This document shows positions 9,464 through 23,479 of a DNA stretch of 64,000 nt, one piece after another. The stretch's first letter is position 1; the number at the start of each line of letters is the position of its first letter. The stretch spans positions 55,965-119,964 of the forward strand of contig DF237207.1 in assembly GCA_000708835.1 (NCBI GenBank), given 5' to 3'. Origin of the DNA: Klebsormidium nitens (lineage: Eukaryota; Plantae; Klebsormidiophyceae). Position numbers and translations under genes: made by a program. The notes under the pieces are model-generated. The model was given only the letters and a program-made list of their open reading frames with translations. It was not told the origin of the DNA and did not search any database.

Positions 9464-12400
9464 ATGGCTCGGAAATCGTCTTCCCAGGAGTCCGCAGGCG
9501 ACTCAAGAGCGGGCCTCCTCTTTTCCTCAGCTGACTCCGGTGGGGTCAGCCTGCTTGACCCAAAGCTGCCCCCACCAAGTAACCAGCTCCTTCTTCATTC
9601 TCTCCTTAACCCATCAAGCAAGTACTCAATGCCGCATACGATGCCAGACCAGCTGCAGCAAGTCACTGCGGAACTTGTGTTCCATGGCCCTGAACGTGCG
9701 CAGCAGCTGTGCATCCGCCAGGGCTGGCCACTGAGCTTGGTCAGCTTCCAGCAATTGGAGCAGGCGCTCATGTACGGCAGCAGAAAGGAGATAGAGGCGG
9801 CGTTGAAGACCCTGGAGGCAGAAGGACACAGCATAGCTGCACTGGACAAGCTGCTGTTCAAGGCACTCAGCCTCCTTGATGCGGGGGGTGGCATGTATAT
9901 GCACAGCCAGGCAGCCAGGTGCGGTTTGTGATACTGTGAATGGCCGTGGTCGATGATGCAATTGCCTGCTTTCTTGATGAGATTGGTGGTACCGTTTTGC
10001 ATGTTTCCAAGATCATTGTGCTCATCTCATTCGCACATGATCATTTGGTGGCCAAGGCTGCACCAAGGTCAATGACCCAGCATTTGAAGATGAAGTTGGC
10101 TGGGTGGCGCTGCCTCTTGATGCTTTTCAGTCGGTTCCTGCATGACCATGAGGAGAACGCGCAAACTTTGTTTTCAGGGGCTCACCAAGAACGCAAGAAC
10201 CCCAGGTTTGAGCCAGTGTTTAAACCAGTGTAGTCCGACTCTCTGCAGGTTGCTGGAAGTTGCGGCCGTCTTTGCCAGCGGAATGCTACAGAAGCAGGCC
10301 ATTGCAGCATGGCAAGAGAGGCAGCAGGCTTGGAGATCCTCCCAACAAACGCTGGGCCCCGTCCTTGAGCGCCAGCCAGGTATCAGCCCCTACCCACGAG
10401 TGCCGCGGAGCCCAGCCCCGCACCAGCAGGGCCTGTCAGTCAGTCACTCGCTGGCCACCTCAGTGGAGGCAGCCAACCTGTGCCACCACCTGGAGACAAT
10501 CCGCAAGCTTCAAGATCTGGCTGAGAAGCGGACTGCATTCGACCGCAGCTCGCCCAGCCAAGTCGGAGAGAGTGACACCAAGGCCGAAGCGGTAGCTGAA
10601 CCTCTCGCAGTGGCTCTGAGCAACCGAGGGGGCCGGTCTGAACGTGGGGTCAGGATTACTGGCATCCAGGGCCTAGCATCAGGCCTGGCTGATGGGATAC
10701 CCGACCTAGGGAAATTCGATTGGACGTTGCCTGGAGAGCGGGCCTTGGTCGTGAAGGCAGGGCAAAGGGCCAGCGGCGCCAAAGAACATGAGCCTTCAGG
10801 TGCAAGATCTTGCAAAGATGTACAAAAATACAAGAGTTTTGAACCTTGCAATTGTATTCTCCGTGTCTTAAGCAAGGTTTTTGGTCCAGTGCTCGGATTC
10901 CTCGCTTATTACTGCGAATCTTGTATCTTCTAGCCGAGATTATCTCTGGTGGTCATCGGTGCTTTATTCAAACAAGTCCGTTCCTTCTTCTGCCAGGGGC
11001 CGTTGTGGCGGCCGGGGCACAGGAAATGGAGCAGAGTGGTGATCGAGAGGAAGAGCGGCCGGCAGATCTGGTGGCCCGCTGGGGGCGGGAGGACAGCCCC
11101 CCGGAGGTAGTGGTGCGGGATGCACTCCGAGTGGGCCGGTTAGCGCTGGCAGTGGCGTACTTACAGCAGAAACGCGGGGCAGATGCAACTGGAGGTGGGT
11201 GGCTCGAAGCTATAATCGTCAGACATGGTGACCCATGCGCAACTATGCCATATCACAAGATCATGGTGTATGCATGCCTTACTATGACGATCTCAGACTG
11301 TTCAGTCCAGGAACCTTCTCACTTTATTCTTCGGCAGCTGCCACCTCACCAGTTCGCCGGTCTCTCTCTTCGTGTAGGTCGAGTCTTTGCAGAGGTACGA
11401 GAGGCTGGCCGCCGCCTGGCCTATGACTTCTTTCGTGCTGGCAACACGGACACTGCCCTCCTGGCGCTCCGACGACTGGGAGAGAACGTGGACCAGGCGC
11501 TCCGGGAGCTGGCCATGGGGAGCCTGCAGAGGGACATCCGCAAGCGGGCAGCCGGCGAGCTACGGGTGAGTGACAGACTTGGGAGGTATTATACAAGTGT
11601 CAAGCGCATCGACGGAAAATCGTAAGTCTTCATTGACCTGCCCTCATCTCAAAAGCAGATATGGTCTTCGTGATCCAGTCGTATCCCTTTAAGGGGCCTT
11701 TTGTGCGGACTGGTCGGGCCCCCGTTTTCAGTCGTCCTCTCACGCCGTTGATACGACGAGTGAGCAATTGTCCCCTTCCTCCTGCAGAACCGGGGCCTTC
11801 TCAGCAAACAGGAGGCGCGGGCCCTTCGGATCCTCAGCGACCTCGAGGCTGCGCATCCGGAAGAGTCCTTTTGGCGAGCGTACAGGGCTCGTGTGAAGCA
11901 AGCTTCGTCTGAAGACCCAAAACTTGTTGGAACGGGTATCGGCTTGACGGTTTTGAACGGTGAAGTGAAGAACGGGGACGGGGTCGATTTGACGTGTGGA
12001 GAGGTGAACGGGGCAGTGCTTGGAGTCTGGGGGGCGTTTGCTGGGGCAAGCGAGAAGATCGAGAAGAAGAGCGAAACGGATTTGCAGCAAGGCGGGGAGT
12101 GGTACCTCTGCCTTGCAGCCGATTGGGTCAGCAGATGGGACCGTGTCACCATCGAGCGGGTGAGAACGGCTGCCAGCTCGTTGCACCGCTGTTCAGATGG
12201 CTCTATTCGAGATGTCCTGGTGTTTGAGAATCAAGCCCTGTCCCAAGAAGTCAGTTCCGGGTAGTCGCTCAAGCTCGATTTACATATGGCTTGTTGTCCT
12301 CTGTATCACCGTTCCTGCTGACCTCTCATGAATCTCAGAAAAGATGCGGACAGTGAGTTCCTCCAAAACGGCTGCCAACTTGTAGAAGAATACCTGCTCA

Positions 12401-15400
12401 TCGTGTCCGTTCGTCTGCACCAGATCTATCTGGAGAGGGGTCTGGCCCCGCTCACACCCATCTCGTGGCAGGCCCAGCTGCAGTACCACGTCGCACATCA
12501 CGATTGGCCCCGGGTGGAACCCCTCCTCGAGCACGTGCCGCCTGAGTGCCTCAAGGAGGGCGTCCTGCGAGTGAAGCAGATGGTAGCAGAGAGGCCCCCG
12601 AACTCACTCCCAGGTGTCGAGGCTGCCCACGATGAGGATGACCTCTACGTGCCAGGTGTCAAGCTCCTGTTGGTCGACATCACGCAGCTGTGCACACGGC
12701 TGATGAAAGGCCTCGTGGAGGAGAAGCTCGCCCAGCAGCACGTGTTCCTACAGGCCGACTGGGAGGGAACAGGGCCCCTGGTTACGCTCCTGGCACGAGC
12801 TAACGTCCTCTTCGCACCTGGGGGGACGGCCAACAACCACAGCGATCGGGAGGGCTCGGCAGAAAACGGTTCCTCGTCAGAGAGAAGCCGGGAAGCTGAG
12901 CAAGGTGGAGCCAGCACATCCTCGGAAGGAGTAGAGATTAGTCACGAGACCAGTGATAAAGGCGAGGTGTACGTAGTGCATGACCGGGAGGGGCAGAGCC
13001 CGACGCCGCTGGCGGGCGCGCACCCAGTGGTGGTGCGGCACTGTGCAGAGCGCAAGCTGCCCCACCTGCTGCAGCTGTACCTGGACTGGCACGACGTTGG
13101 CAGGGACGCAGCGGACCTGGAGCCACTGCAGCTGGCAGCGGTGAGGCGCCGACTCTCTCGTCTTTGTTATCCTTGAGAGTTATTTTGAAATCAACCGGGC
13201 AGCTTTGGATGCTTCGCCTTTTCGTGGATGAATGGAAAGTTAGTTGCCGGCTATTTGTGTTGATGACACAAGATTTTTTTACCATGTTAAGTTGCCCTAT
13301 ATTGTCGTTGACCTTATACACACTAGACTTTTCTCGCTTTGTTTGAAATCTTCCCGTCGCTCATCTGCTTCTGAGGTGCGGGTATTATATTAAGGCGCCT
13401 GATGGTCGAAGAAAGACTGATGCGGGACGAATTTTTGCACTCTTTATATACTTCCTGCCAAGCCCCTTGCCCGTCGAAGCCGCTTCTTAGTCGATCGATA
13501 AACAGCTAAAAGACCCACGCGAGATTTGATCACGGAAAAATCGCACACAGATCGCATCCCGAGGCCCTTCGTTACTTGCTTCTATCTCAAAAGCGATGCG
13601 TTGGTTGTTGCAGGGCCGGTGTGAGTGGGCCCACTGGTTGCTGCTCTCCCGGGTCCCTGGCGAGGAGTACGGCGCCTCCTTCGCGAACGCGCGCTTCATC
13701 TCGGAACATACTCAACACGTAGCATCCCCCGACGCCCGCGCCTCCTTCCCCGCCACGCTCGACGAGATGGCCCAGGACGGCCACGAGCTGCGGGCGCTCG
13801 CCACTCTAGTTCACGCCCCTGTCCCGCTGGAGGACTGCCTCGACGGCTCACCCAAGCCCGCGCGTCGCCCCAGTGATTCTACAAACCCTCTTTCCGAACA
13901 ACTCGTTGACGCGGCCCGCCCCACACAGGACCTGCCGTCGTGGTACTGCCGGCTAGGCAGTTTGACCCGGGGTCTGGCGGCATACCCCACTCTGTGCAGT
14001 CTGCTTGAGCGGGCCTGCGGGGTTGGGGACCAGCCAGCGCTGGAGCAAGCCCCCGGGTTGGAGGAGTTCTGGGCCGCCGCGAGCCTGGACCCGGTCCTCG
14101 AACCGTACCTGCGGTGGCGGCATGGTATGCTGACGTCAGCGGCCAGGGACGCCTCCCTTCTGTCGATGCTGCTCCCCAGCACGGCGCCCGCGGTCAGAAG
14201 GGTTCTGCACGCAGCCGTCCTGGGCCCCGGGTCTCTGAGCACGGGTGCTCTGCCAAGCGCCGAGGAGGACCGGCTGAACGAGTGGGAGGACGCAGCGGAC
14301 GCTCTGGTGGCACAGGAGCTGAGTCGGCATGAGGAGGACGGGCCGCGGGGCTTCCAAGTGCAGCACCTGCTGCGGAAGGGGCGGCCCCTGGCGGCGCTGG
14401 AATGCGTCCTGGCGTACCGGGAGGAAGCGGCGGGCCAGCAGGGCCTCGCGATTGACAGTGCAGAGACACTGCGGAGCCCGGGCCCTGTGGGAGCGCATGC
14501 GGCAAAGAGACGCACCAGGGAAGGGAGGACGAGGGCGGGGCATGGTACCGAATATGCGGATGAGCGGGGGCATGGGCAGAGGTGGCAAAGCAGCCCACGG
14601 AACGGGGAAGCGACGGACAGCGAGGAGGGCGGAGAAGGCCGGCTGAGGGACCCCCTCACCGGCGAGGAATTTGTGATGGTGCTCAAGGAGGCAGTGCCCC
14701 TAGCCATCAGGGCCTTTGATGACACGCGGGTGACGTCAGCGTGCTGCGCCTTCCTGGAGCTGTGCGGCGTGCCGGCGGCAGAGCTGCGGGTGGACCTGAG
14801 GGCGCTGCAGCGGGCACAGAGGCAGGGAGCGGCGGGAGACACCGAGGGTAGGGCCTCGGACACTCTGAGGAGCACTGATTGGGAGGTTCGGAATGTGACA
14901 TGGGAAACTTGGCCGGTCCTAAGGAAAGCCGTATGCAAGTGTTAGCGCACAATCTTACTATCAAAATGGAGGGAAGACGTATTGCAAAGGATCTCTTGTA
15001 CTTGCGTGCTTGCACACGTATGGCTAGAAGCCGCCATGCTTGGATGCCAGGCAGCTAACAGCTCTCCGGTGCCGGTGTGTCGTAAACTTGGATGAGAGTC
15101 TCGCTGTTCCGAGGCCGATTAAGGAAGGCCTTCTTTCGCAGATTCTGATGGCGCTCAGCTAGCCCCTCTGGCGTCCGTTCTCAGCGAAGCCTACTCTGCC
15201 AGCATCGAGGACGCAAGCGCAGACGTCAGGAAGGTGCCGCCTCCGCAGGGCACGTGCCAGGCCGTGCTAAATCTCCTTGAGCGCCTAGAGGGAGCGACGC
15301 TGAGCACGCTGGCTGAAGACGAGCGTCCGACGAGCCCACGGTCAAGGTGGGGGCGGGAAAAAAGGGCGAGCAAGGACCGGGGCACGGCGGGGCAGTGGCT

Positions 15401-18400
15401 GCGGGATGGGGACGGAGAAGGGGAGAACCGCCGGGCAGCGCAGATGGAGACATCCGAGAGGTAAGGCCATGGCTGAACGAGGCAGGGAGACATTTGAGCG
15501 GTTGACCGCTTGTTACCTCTGCGTTTTGTGGAGCTTGCTACCTTTTGTATGGGTATACTTTCTGGCCAGACCTTCTACCTCGTTGTGTCCACTTGTCCTA
15601 CCAGACTTCGGCACGTCGACTCTTTTGGTCGGCAGTTCAGTTCCATTTGAAATTCCGCTGTCGCGTTGGCCACATGACCATTCCACATGACAATAGAAAT
15701 TCATTTCGGTCCCCCCAGTGTCATCGTAACGGATTTCGAGCAGAAGAGGAGCACGAGCCGCTTGTCCACAGTCAGGAACGTTGTCCCGACTGTCCCGTAA
15801 CCTGCTCTGCTTAGGTTCTTCTTGCAGATGGGAGCTCGTGACCGCGTTCTGCGCTGCCCACGGGCTGCCCCCCTCTGCGGCGTACCTGCGGCAGCTGGCG
15901 CGGGACGACGACTGGCTGGGCTTCCTGGCGGAGGCCCAAAAAGAAGGAACCGCGGGCGCCCGCCTCACCGCCATCGCAGCAGAGTCCTTCTCCGACCCAG
16001 CTCTGAAGGAGCACGTTCTTATTGTCCTCCGAAGTTTGGGGGGCAGTCTAGGATCCAATTCTGAAGCAGATCCCGTTGGGGCCCTGCCTGGACAGAACGA
16101 GGAAGCGGCCCCGACTGAGCTGTTTGCCATTCTGGCAGAGTGCGAAAAGGGGCCAAGACCAGGCGTGGTGCTCCTGGAAAAGGCACGTGAGCTGGGGTGG
16201 CCGCTGCTGGCAGTCGCAGCCAGCGCCTACGAGGGGGCGGACATACAATCCTGCCTCGCCACGTGGCTTGCCACCATGGCTCTTGACGTCGACGCCCCCG
16301 TTCGGCCAGTGGGAGAAGCGGCGGCGATCGCTCGGGCGGTGGACGGGGCTGTCCGGAAGCTCAACTCGGTGGTGCACCAGAGTGGAGAGAAAGAGCACGG
16401 CCGGCCACTCTGGAAGCGGCAACGTATCGACGCTGATCAAAGAGAGGAGGACACGCTTGACAGTGAAGCGGAGCCGTCAGCTGGAAGTAGGAGCGCGGCG
16501 GAGTCCAACTTCGCGTCGGTGGAAGAAGCGCTGGTGGAGACTGTGGCGCGGCTGTGCGGGCGCGCGCTGTTCCTGCCGCTGCTGCGGGGTCTCGAGCTGT
16601 TCGCCCCGGGGAGCTGCCTGGCCCACTGTGTGAAAGCGCTGCAGGCAGCGGCCCGCTACGACCGCGCAGAAGCTGCCGCGCATTTCGAGAAGTTTGGCTG
16701 GGGGCTGGCTCACGGCCGAGCAGACGCGGAGGGGCTGAGACGGGGGCTGGCGGCCAGAGCGGCGGTCGCAGCGGCGGATGCGGTGCTGGCCACGTGTCCT
16801 ACGGAGTACGAGCGGAAGCTGCTGCTGGAAGTGCTGGCGGGGCTGCACGAGTGGGGGCCGGCAGCGGAAGACGGCGCAAGGTGGGAGGTGATGCTTTTGT
16901 GGGCCATGCACTATGACGTGTGAGGCCATGGGCCTTCAGCATCACACTGACTGAGTCAAGCGGCATGTTGCACTTGACTGCCTTCAGTGATTGCAATGCT
17001 GGGTTGATTGGTCCAACCAGCTGACTGCTCACTGCGCTGGTCCTTTGTGCTTTCTGCTGCGCTGTCGCTTTGGTCCGGCAGCAGTGAGCGGCCACGGGTC
17101 CGTCCGTTAGCGTCACTGTAGTCCTCGTTAGGGTCTGACGACGCCACCCCATTTCCCCTCCCGCTTCAGGTACAAGCGCCTCTCCCTGGCTGCCCAGCTG
17201 TCTTCTCCGGGCGTCCCCCTCGACGAGTCCTGCACCCCGGAAGCTCTGCTTCATTCCCTGGCGGCGGCGCGCAAGTGGGACGAGGCCCGAGAGCTCGCGC
17301 AACAACTTGATCACAACCCGTCCTCTGCCACGTCGGACCGAGGAGCCGCTCCCCGGAACACAGCCAGGGCCGTGGAGCAAGACGATGCACAGCAGAGCGG
17401 TGGGCTGCGGGCCCACGTGACGGTGCTGCAGGCGGAGGCCCTGCTGGCGGACTGGCGCGAGCTGCTGTGGGACGACCCAGCGGAGCGGCTGGCGGTGTGG
17501 GGCCACTGCAGTGCCCTCTTCGAGGCGCACAGCCTCTCAGCGCGGCAGGCAGGTGACTTCTTCCTGCGCCACGCAGAGGAACTGAGCGAGGGGGATCCCC
17601 CGGCTTCGGGGGCGGAGGTGCACACCGCGCTCTTGCTGGCGATCCAGTGGCTCAACGGAAACTTCTTGGGGGGTTCGGACGCGGCGTCAGAAGAGGAGCT
17701 GGCTTCCCTGGAGGCTCAGCTGTGGATGGCGGCAATCGCGGCCGACCGAGAAGCGGGAATACTGCCAGCGGAAACGAAGTCCGGGGAGGATTTGACTGTT
17801 ATTCAACGGCAGGCCCAAGGAGCGCTTAGGGCGACGGCCGAGCTGTGGCCTGTCATTGCATCACGCGGGGGCCAGGAAGGACGAACAGAGCTAAAAGTTT
17901 CAAGAACCTCGGAAAGTGCCAGGGAAGCCGGGGAGAAGGAGGGCAGAGTGACCACTCAGAGCTTAGAGATCGTCGAGCAGACTGGGACTGCATCCGAGAG
18001 CCGCTCGGCTGCAGAAGCGTCTGCTGCAGTTTCCGCACTCCTGGAGGACGGCCGTGTCTCCGCAGCCAGGGGGCTACTGCGCCAGCTAAATGTTCCCCAC
18101 GGCGACAACTTCCAACTCGTGCAAGCCGCAGAGTGCGTGGCCTCAGGCGGAACGGCTTCCGTACCAACGCGGCTGGTTGAGTTCCTTCAAGCGAGGGGAC
18201 TCGAAATTCCACAAAGCGCCCCTCCACAACCAAAAGGCCGGAAAGAGCGTTCGGACGTCCTGCGACAGATCGCGGAGCTCTGTCCTGCCAGCCAAGGCCG
18301 GGGGCATGTCCTCCGCCTGGCGGCTGTCTGCCAAGCCGCCGCCGCCCTCTCCCTGGGGTACCAGGAGGCGGGCAAAATGACCCCCCTGGAGCTGCTCCAG

Positions 18401-21400
18401 CTGCTCGCACTGCAGGCCGGGCGCCCGGGCGCCCTTGACGCTGCGAGACAGCTGGGCGTAGCGTGTGAGGGGCGCGAGGAGCTGCCCCCCCGGAAGGTGG
18501 CCCGGGTGCTGGCGGAGTGCTTCCAGAAGGGCCTGCTGGCGGCCTACAAGGGCAGCTACTTGCAAGATGGCCCCGCGGACGAGGCGGGCCCCGCGCCGCT
18601 GCTGTGGAAGCCGGAGGACTTCGTGCAGGTGCGTGTCTTACAGATACTATGCCTGCGGTTTGCATTCCGAACCAGTGGCCTCGTGGTGCACCCAGGCCCC
18701 GTCAGAAGGCCTTGATTTTGAAGCTTTTTTGAATAGAAAAGCGCATGAGTGGATACAGACTCTGTACCTGTTCTCCATACACTCAAAAAGACTTGCAGCT
18801 GAATAGCTGCAGGAACTCGAGAAGCTCCTGGGGAGTTGCGGGCAATCTTTTGACCCTGATATATAGAAGCTTCCCGGAGCTTTGTCTTGCTTTAGATTCA
18901 CACATCTCCTACTGTTCTTTGTTGGTTGATCCGTATGCCTGATTTATTTCACAGAGCTGCTAGGAAAGCATTCGCAACGTCGAAAGAGCGTAAAGCTGAG
19001 CCTGAAACCCCAAACGATGAAAGCGTCTTTTTGTGCAGTGGGCGGCAGTGTGCCCCGAGCCGCCCCAGGTTGCGCACGCGCTGATGCGGCTGGTGATCGG
19101 CGGCAAGAGCGACCTGCCCCCCGCTTGCGAGGCCGAGCTGCTCGTCCTGGCGCACCGCTTCTACTCGTCCTCTGCCTGCTTCGACGGCCTGGACGTCCTC
19201 TCCGCCCTGGTCAGCAACCGCGCGGCTGCGTACCTCGCAGAGGACAAGGCGGCGCCCGTGGCGCGGCTGCTGGTGGGCACCGGCGACTTCGTGCGGCTGC
19301 GCGCGCTGGCGGACGTGCTCGTGCGGGGCGGACACCTGGACATGCTGCTCGCGTGAGCCGGGACGTCGGAACTACGCCCAAAGCGGGTGCTTTTTTTTGT
19401 TGATTATTAGTTGCAGGATCGGAGTGGACTGGGGCTTATTGCTCAAGCACTTGTGCGACCACTTCAAAGCATCCCTCGGCATAAAAAGTGTCGTCCCATC
19501 TTGCTCGTAGCTTTCACCTGAGCGGCCTTGCTTCACCTGTGATGCTTTCATTTGGCACCTTTGTTCGCGGGAAAGGTCGGGGTATGCAAACCTTTTTGCT
19601 TCCTCTCTTGGTTGGGGATTGCACCTTCTTTCATTGCCATCCAGAAGAATTTGTGAGTCACACGGATAGGCTGCCTGCTTGCTGTTTGAAAACCAACGTC
19701 CATGAATTGTCTGGGACATCATAGCACCCGAATCTCATTCCTCTTTTTCTTGCAGCAAGATTGCGTCAGGCGGCCAGCAGATGCCTCCTGCCGCGCGGCA
19801 TGCCGCTCGCGCGGTCATCTTGAGCGCCTTGGCCCTTCAGCGGAACGAGTACAGCGACGACGAGTACGAGGTGGCCTTGGCCCGAGTGCACGACACGCTG
19901 GGGACCCTGCACGAGGCCGCTAGTGAGGGGACCGGTCGCTCTGTGTCCCGCTGTATCTGAAGCATCCCGTCGCGTTAGGCAACGGCCTTTGATTTGGCTA
20001 TAAATATCAATCCAGCGCCTTCCCTCCGTTTCAAGAGCTCTTTTGCGGCATGTGGCTTCAAATTAAGTATTCCCACTCCTTGGACGGAAGCAAGGGCCGG
20101 GGGTATGTGCGCCGTTTGGATTGACAAAATGTAACATGAGAGTGCTCACGCGGGTTCTTGTTGGCTTTTCTTTCTGTCATCGGGGACACCACACCCTCCG
20201 TCCTCAGCTTGGCCCTCGAGCATCCCAGAGCTTTTCGACCAACTAGCGTCAACCGGCGAGCACTTGCTTCCTGCGGGCTGTCTTCTAACCGAGCCGATCC
20301 CAATTGATATGCACTCAATTCCATTCATCTGTGCTCTATCTGTGTGCCTGCAGCCTCTTTGGAGCGGCGCGCTACGGCCGGCGTCAAGCGGGCTGCCGCT
20401 CAACGCGAGAGCTCCCCCACCGCGCTGGGCCGCCTCAACCCCTCCCAGGCCAGCAGCGACAAGGAGCTACTCAAAGCCATGGAGGTACGAACCCGTAGGT
20501 CCTGGCTCTCATGTACTTCGATTGCAAACTCGCAATCTGCTTAGCGTACTGCTTGCTTGCTTGCTGGGTGAACGTCAATCCTGTTGCTGGTCGAACGTCA
20601 ATCTTCTTGCTAGCTGGATCTACTCCTACCAATTGGTTGTGGAAGCCGGATCCGGTAGGGTTACTTCGCTGATCTCTTCATCGCATACCTGAAAAGTGAT
20701 GAGAACCACTTTCGCGATGAATCGGGCTCGAAAGAGCAACCGACAGCGACTTGACTGAATCTGCTCGTCCCCGGCTCGCAGCTGTACGTCCAGGCCGCGG
20801 AGAAGTGGGCCCAGCTGGACGCCGGGTCGGCTGCCGCGCGGTGCGCCCACCAGGCGGCGCTGGTGGCGCTGCAGCTCCGCCTGCCGGACGTCCGCTGGCT
20901 GGACCTGGCCCCCGACTCGGCACGGCAGCTGTTCGTGGAACAGCCGGGGGGGTTCACGGAGGCGCTCACTGTGGCGCAGGCGTACGGCCTGATGGACCCC
21001 CTGGAGTGGGTGCACGCCATCTGGAACCAGGTGAGGGGGGGAAAGACGCTTAGGTCGCAGGCGAGCCTGCTTTGCTCGGGTGCTAGTCTCATAGGGCTGC
21101 GGCAGGATGTGGTGTGCACCAAACCTGCAAGAAGCATTCAAAATTCTGGATTATTATATCAAGTAGGAGCGCCAGCTAAGGGTGGATCTTCGGAGAGAGC
21201 TTGCACCCGCCCTTGAGAGCGAGTATTAAGGGACTGCCGCGGGGTCCAGGAGCAGATCGAATTTGTGTCAATTCTATGTGGCAACGCCGAAGAGCTTCGT
21301 GATCCGAGCACCAATCGGAACCGCTTATCGCGAGCGTTTCCATTGCCCTTCTCCTACTTGCTCACATTTATTTGCGTGACTTTTCCTTTGTACTGAATCC

Positions 21401-22170
21401 TTTTAGAGCTTGCTTCGAAATCCGAACCCTCCAGTCATTCTCTACACGCGAATGGTTCTCCTCAGAAGTTCTGTTCGCTTGCATCCTTTCCACCTCCCCT
21501 GACACGCTGCTCTGCACCCACCTTTCTCGTGCCCCCCCAGGTCATGTGGCAGCCCCTGCACCACACGGAGCGCTACCTCGGCGACTTCGTGGACACGCTG
21601 CCCCTCGCGCCGGCCCTGCTGCTGGAGCTGGCGCGTACCTATCGCACCGAAGTAGCAGCGCGCGACGCCGACATGTCGCGCTGGCTGCCGAGCGGCGCAG
21701 GGGGCGCGGAGGGCGGCCGCCACCTCGCGAAAGCCTTTAAAGCCCTGCTGCACCACGTGGGCGACTACAAGCTACGGCTGCAGCTCGCCACGCTGGCCAC
21801 CGGCTTTGCGGACGAGATTGATGACGCCATCAGGTGAGCCAGAGAGAGGAAGAGCGAAAGCATGTCACCGACCTGCGAAAAGCGTTTAAGAGTACTGTGG
21901 CAACAGCCGGTCTGTGGGCTTGTCACTTGGCCACTTGACTTGCAGCCAAGCAAGGAGCACCTCTCGATGCAGACATTCTTGTGTTCACAAAGCTGTATCC
22001 TTGTCGAAAGGTTCTGAACGGGCTGCCTCTTCTTATGCTCTCGATTATTCTTACTGAGTACTGCATTTGCCGGCCCCCTCCCGTGCAGCGTGCTCGACAG
22101 AGTTCCTGAAACAGCGGGTCCGTTGATCCTGCGAAAAGGTCACGGTGCGACTTATGTCCCCCTGATGTAG
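9464..22170 (+). CDS. SPG11: Spatacsin (SPG11), AP-5 accessory protein; about 17 exons
   Basis: Successive exons match plant spatacsin motifs in order: QLCIRQGWPL..QQLEQAL, WAHWLLLSRV..EYGASFANAR, DDWLGFLAEAQ, LLEKARELGWPLLAVAAS, LFLPLLRGLELFAPG, QAEALLADWRELLWD, VLAECFQKGLLAAY..GPAPLLWKPEDF, EAELLVLAHRFY..CFDGLDVL, AALVALQLRLPD. The terminal exon 22089-22170 encodes VLDRVPETAGPLILRKGHGATYVPLM*, the characteristic plant SPG11 C-terminus. The start codon is uncertain. Confidence 0.9.
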
Positions 22171-23122
22171 AGGTTCCCCCTTCGTCGAGGCACATGTATC
22201 ATCTGGTAAAAACATAAAGCTGCAAATAATAGGTACTATCAGCCTTTAGCTACATCGTGATCCCTCAAGGGTCCTAGTTGGAAGTTCCAAGGGCTCAAGA
22301 GAAGCATTTAGATTTTAGAAGTAGGAAATTTTGGGCAGATTGTGGAGCACTGGCAAGGTGTACAATATCGTGGCGGCACTCTTGGGACAAATGCGGACAG
22401 GCCTGGAACATGCGGAAGGGATCCGGAGAGAGGGGAGACGTACACAAGGAAAGGGCCTCCAGCAAGCTGTGGACGGCAAGCGTTAATCCTCATCCCTACA
22501 ATTTTCATTGGATTTACCCTCAACTTGGCAGTGTTGGTCACACTAGATGGGGGTGGAATACCGGTTGTAATTTCAAGTTTGTGAGAATTGGCATGTGCAG
22601 CGTACTTTCAACATTTGATATTGGAGGGAACCAATTATTGGTGTTGTTGTATATCATTCCCAACCTCATGTGGGGTTCCACTCAGCCAAGAAAGAAAGGG
22701 AACAAAAGAGGAAAAAGAAGGAAAGAGAGTATAAAAAGTTAAGGTAATAACACCATACGTCGAGCAAACAACGAAGTAAGCCAAACTAACCGTTCGATAT
22801 TCACACAAAATGGAGATGGGAGCTTCGGAGCCGTCCAATCATGAGTCATGATGATAAACTGACGTCGCATCAGAAATATCTTACACGACATCATCCCGTT
22901 TCTATATAAGCGACACACGGCAAAAAGAGCGCCGTCGATTTTCTGTCATGTCTCTATCTGAGTGGGACCGAAAATTCAGCGTTGGCTTGCGAACTCAGAT
23001 TACCCTACAATATACGTTCGTAACCACTTGAAGGTCGCAAAACTTTCTACAAATGGGTCCTGAAACACAGGCTATATTTTTGCATAACCTAGGATCGAGA
23101 TGCCAAGGCAACGGTCAACGAA

Positions 23123-23169
23123 GCAGCGCCGACACCGTAGTTCTGCAGCGCCGACACCGTAGTTCTGCA
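23123..23169. repeat. 22-bp tandem duplication
   Basis: GCAGCGCCGACACCGTAGTTCT occurs at 23123-23144 and 23145-23166. Confidence 0.9.
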
Positions 23170-23479
23170 ATTGAGCATTGCGGAGCTCGCAAGTGTATAT
23201 AGTCATTGTTGACAACCGCTGAATGAATTTGGAGGTTGCAAGTTTAGCTTGATTAATTAGTCGACTCGGAGTTTGGATCAAACAGCCGCCGTAAACTTGC
23301 GCGGCAGCCTGTTCGAGCTTGTATACATTTACCTATATTCAACAGCTCATGTCGCCGCCGCCCGAATCTTAGTGGGCCGTTCTCAACACGAGGGTCACAT
23401 TGAAACACCAAGCGCTAAGATACATCATATGTCCGCACTAAGTTACATCATGTCCGCACACCTTTTTTAGCAGCTTAAA

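Noticed and set aside
13811-18665. Long minus-strand and alternate-frame ORFs within SPG11 (e.g. 13811-14938, 16799-17530, 17853-18665)
   Set aside because: These are GC-rich antisense shadows of conserved SPG11 exons.
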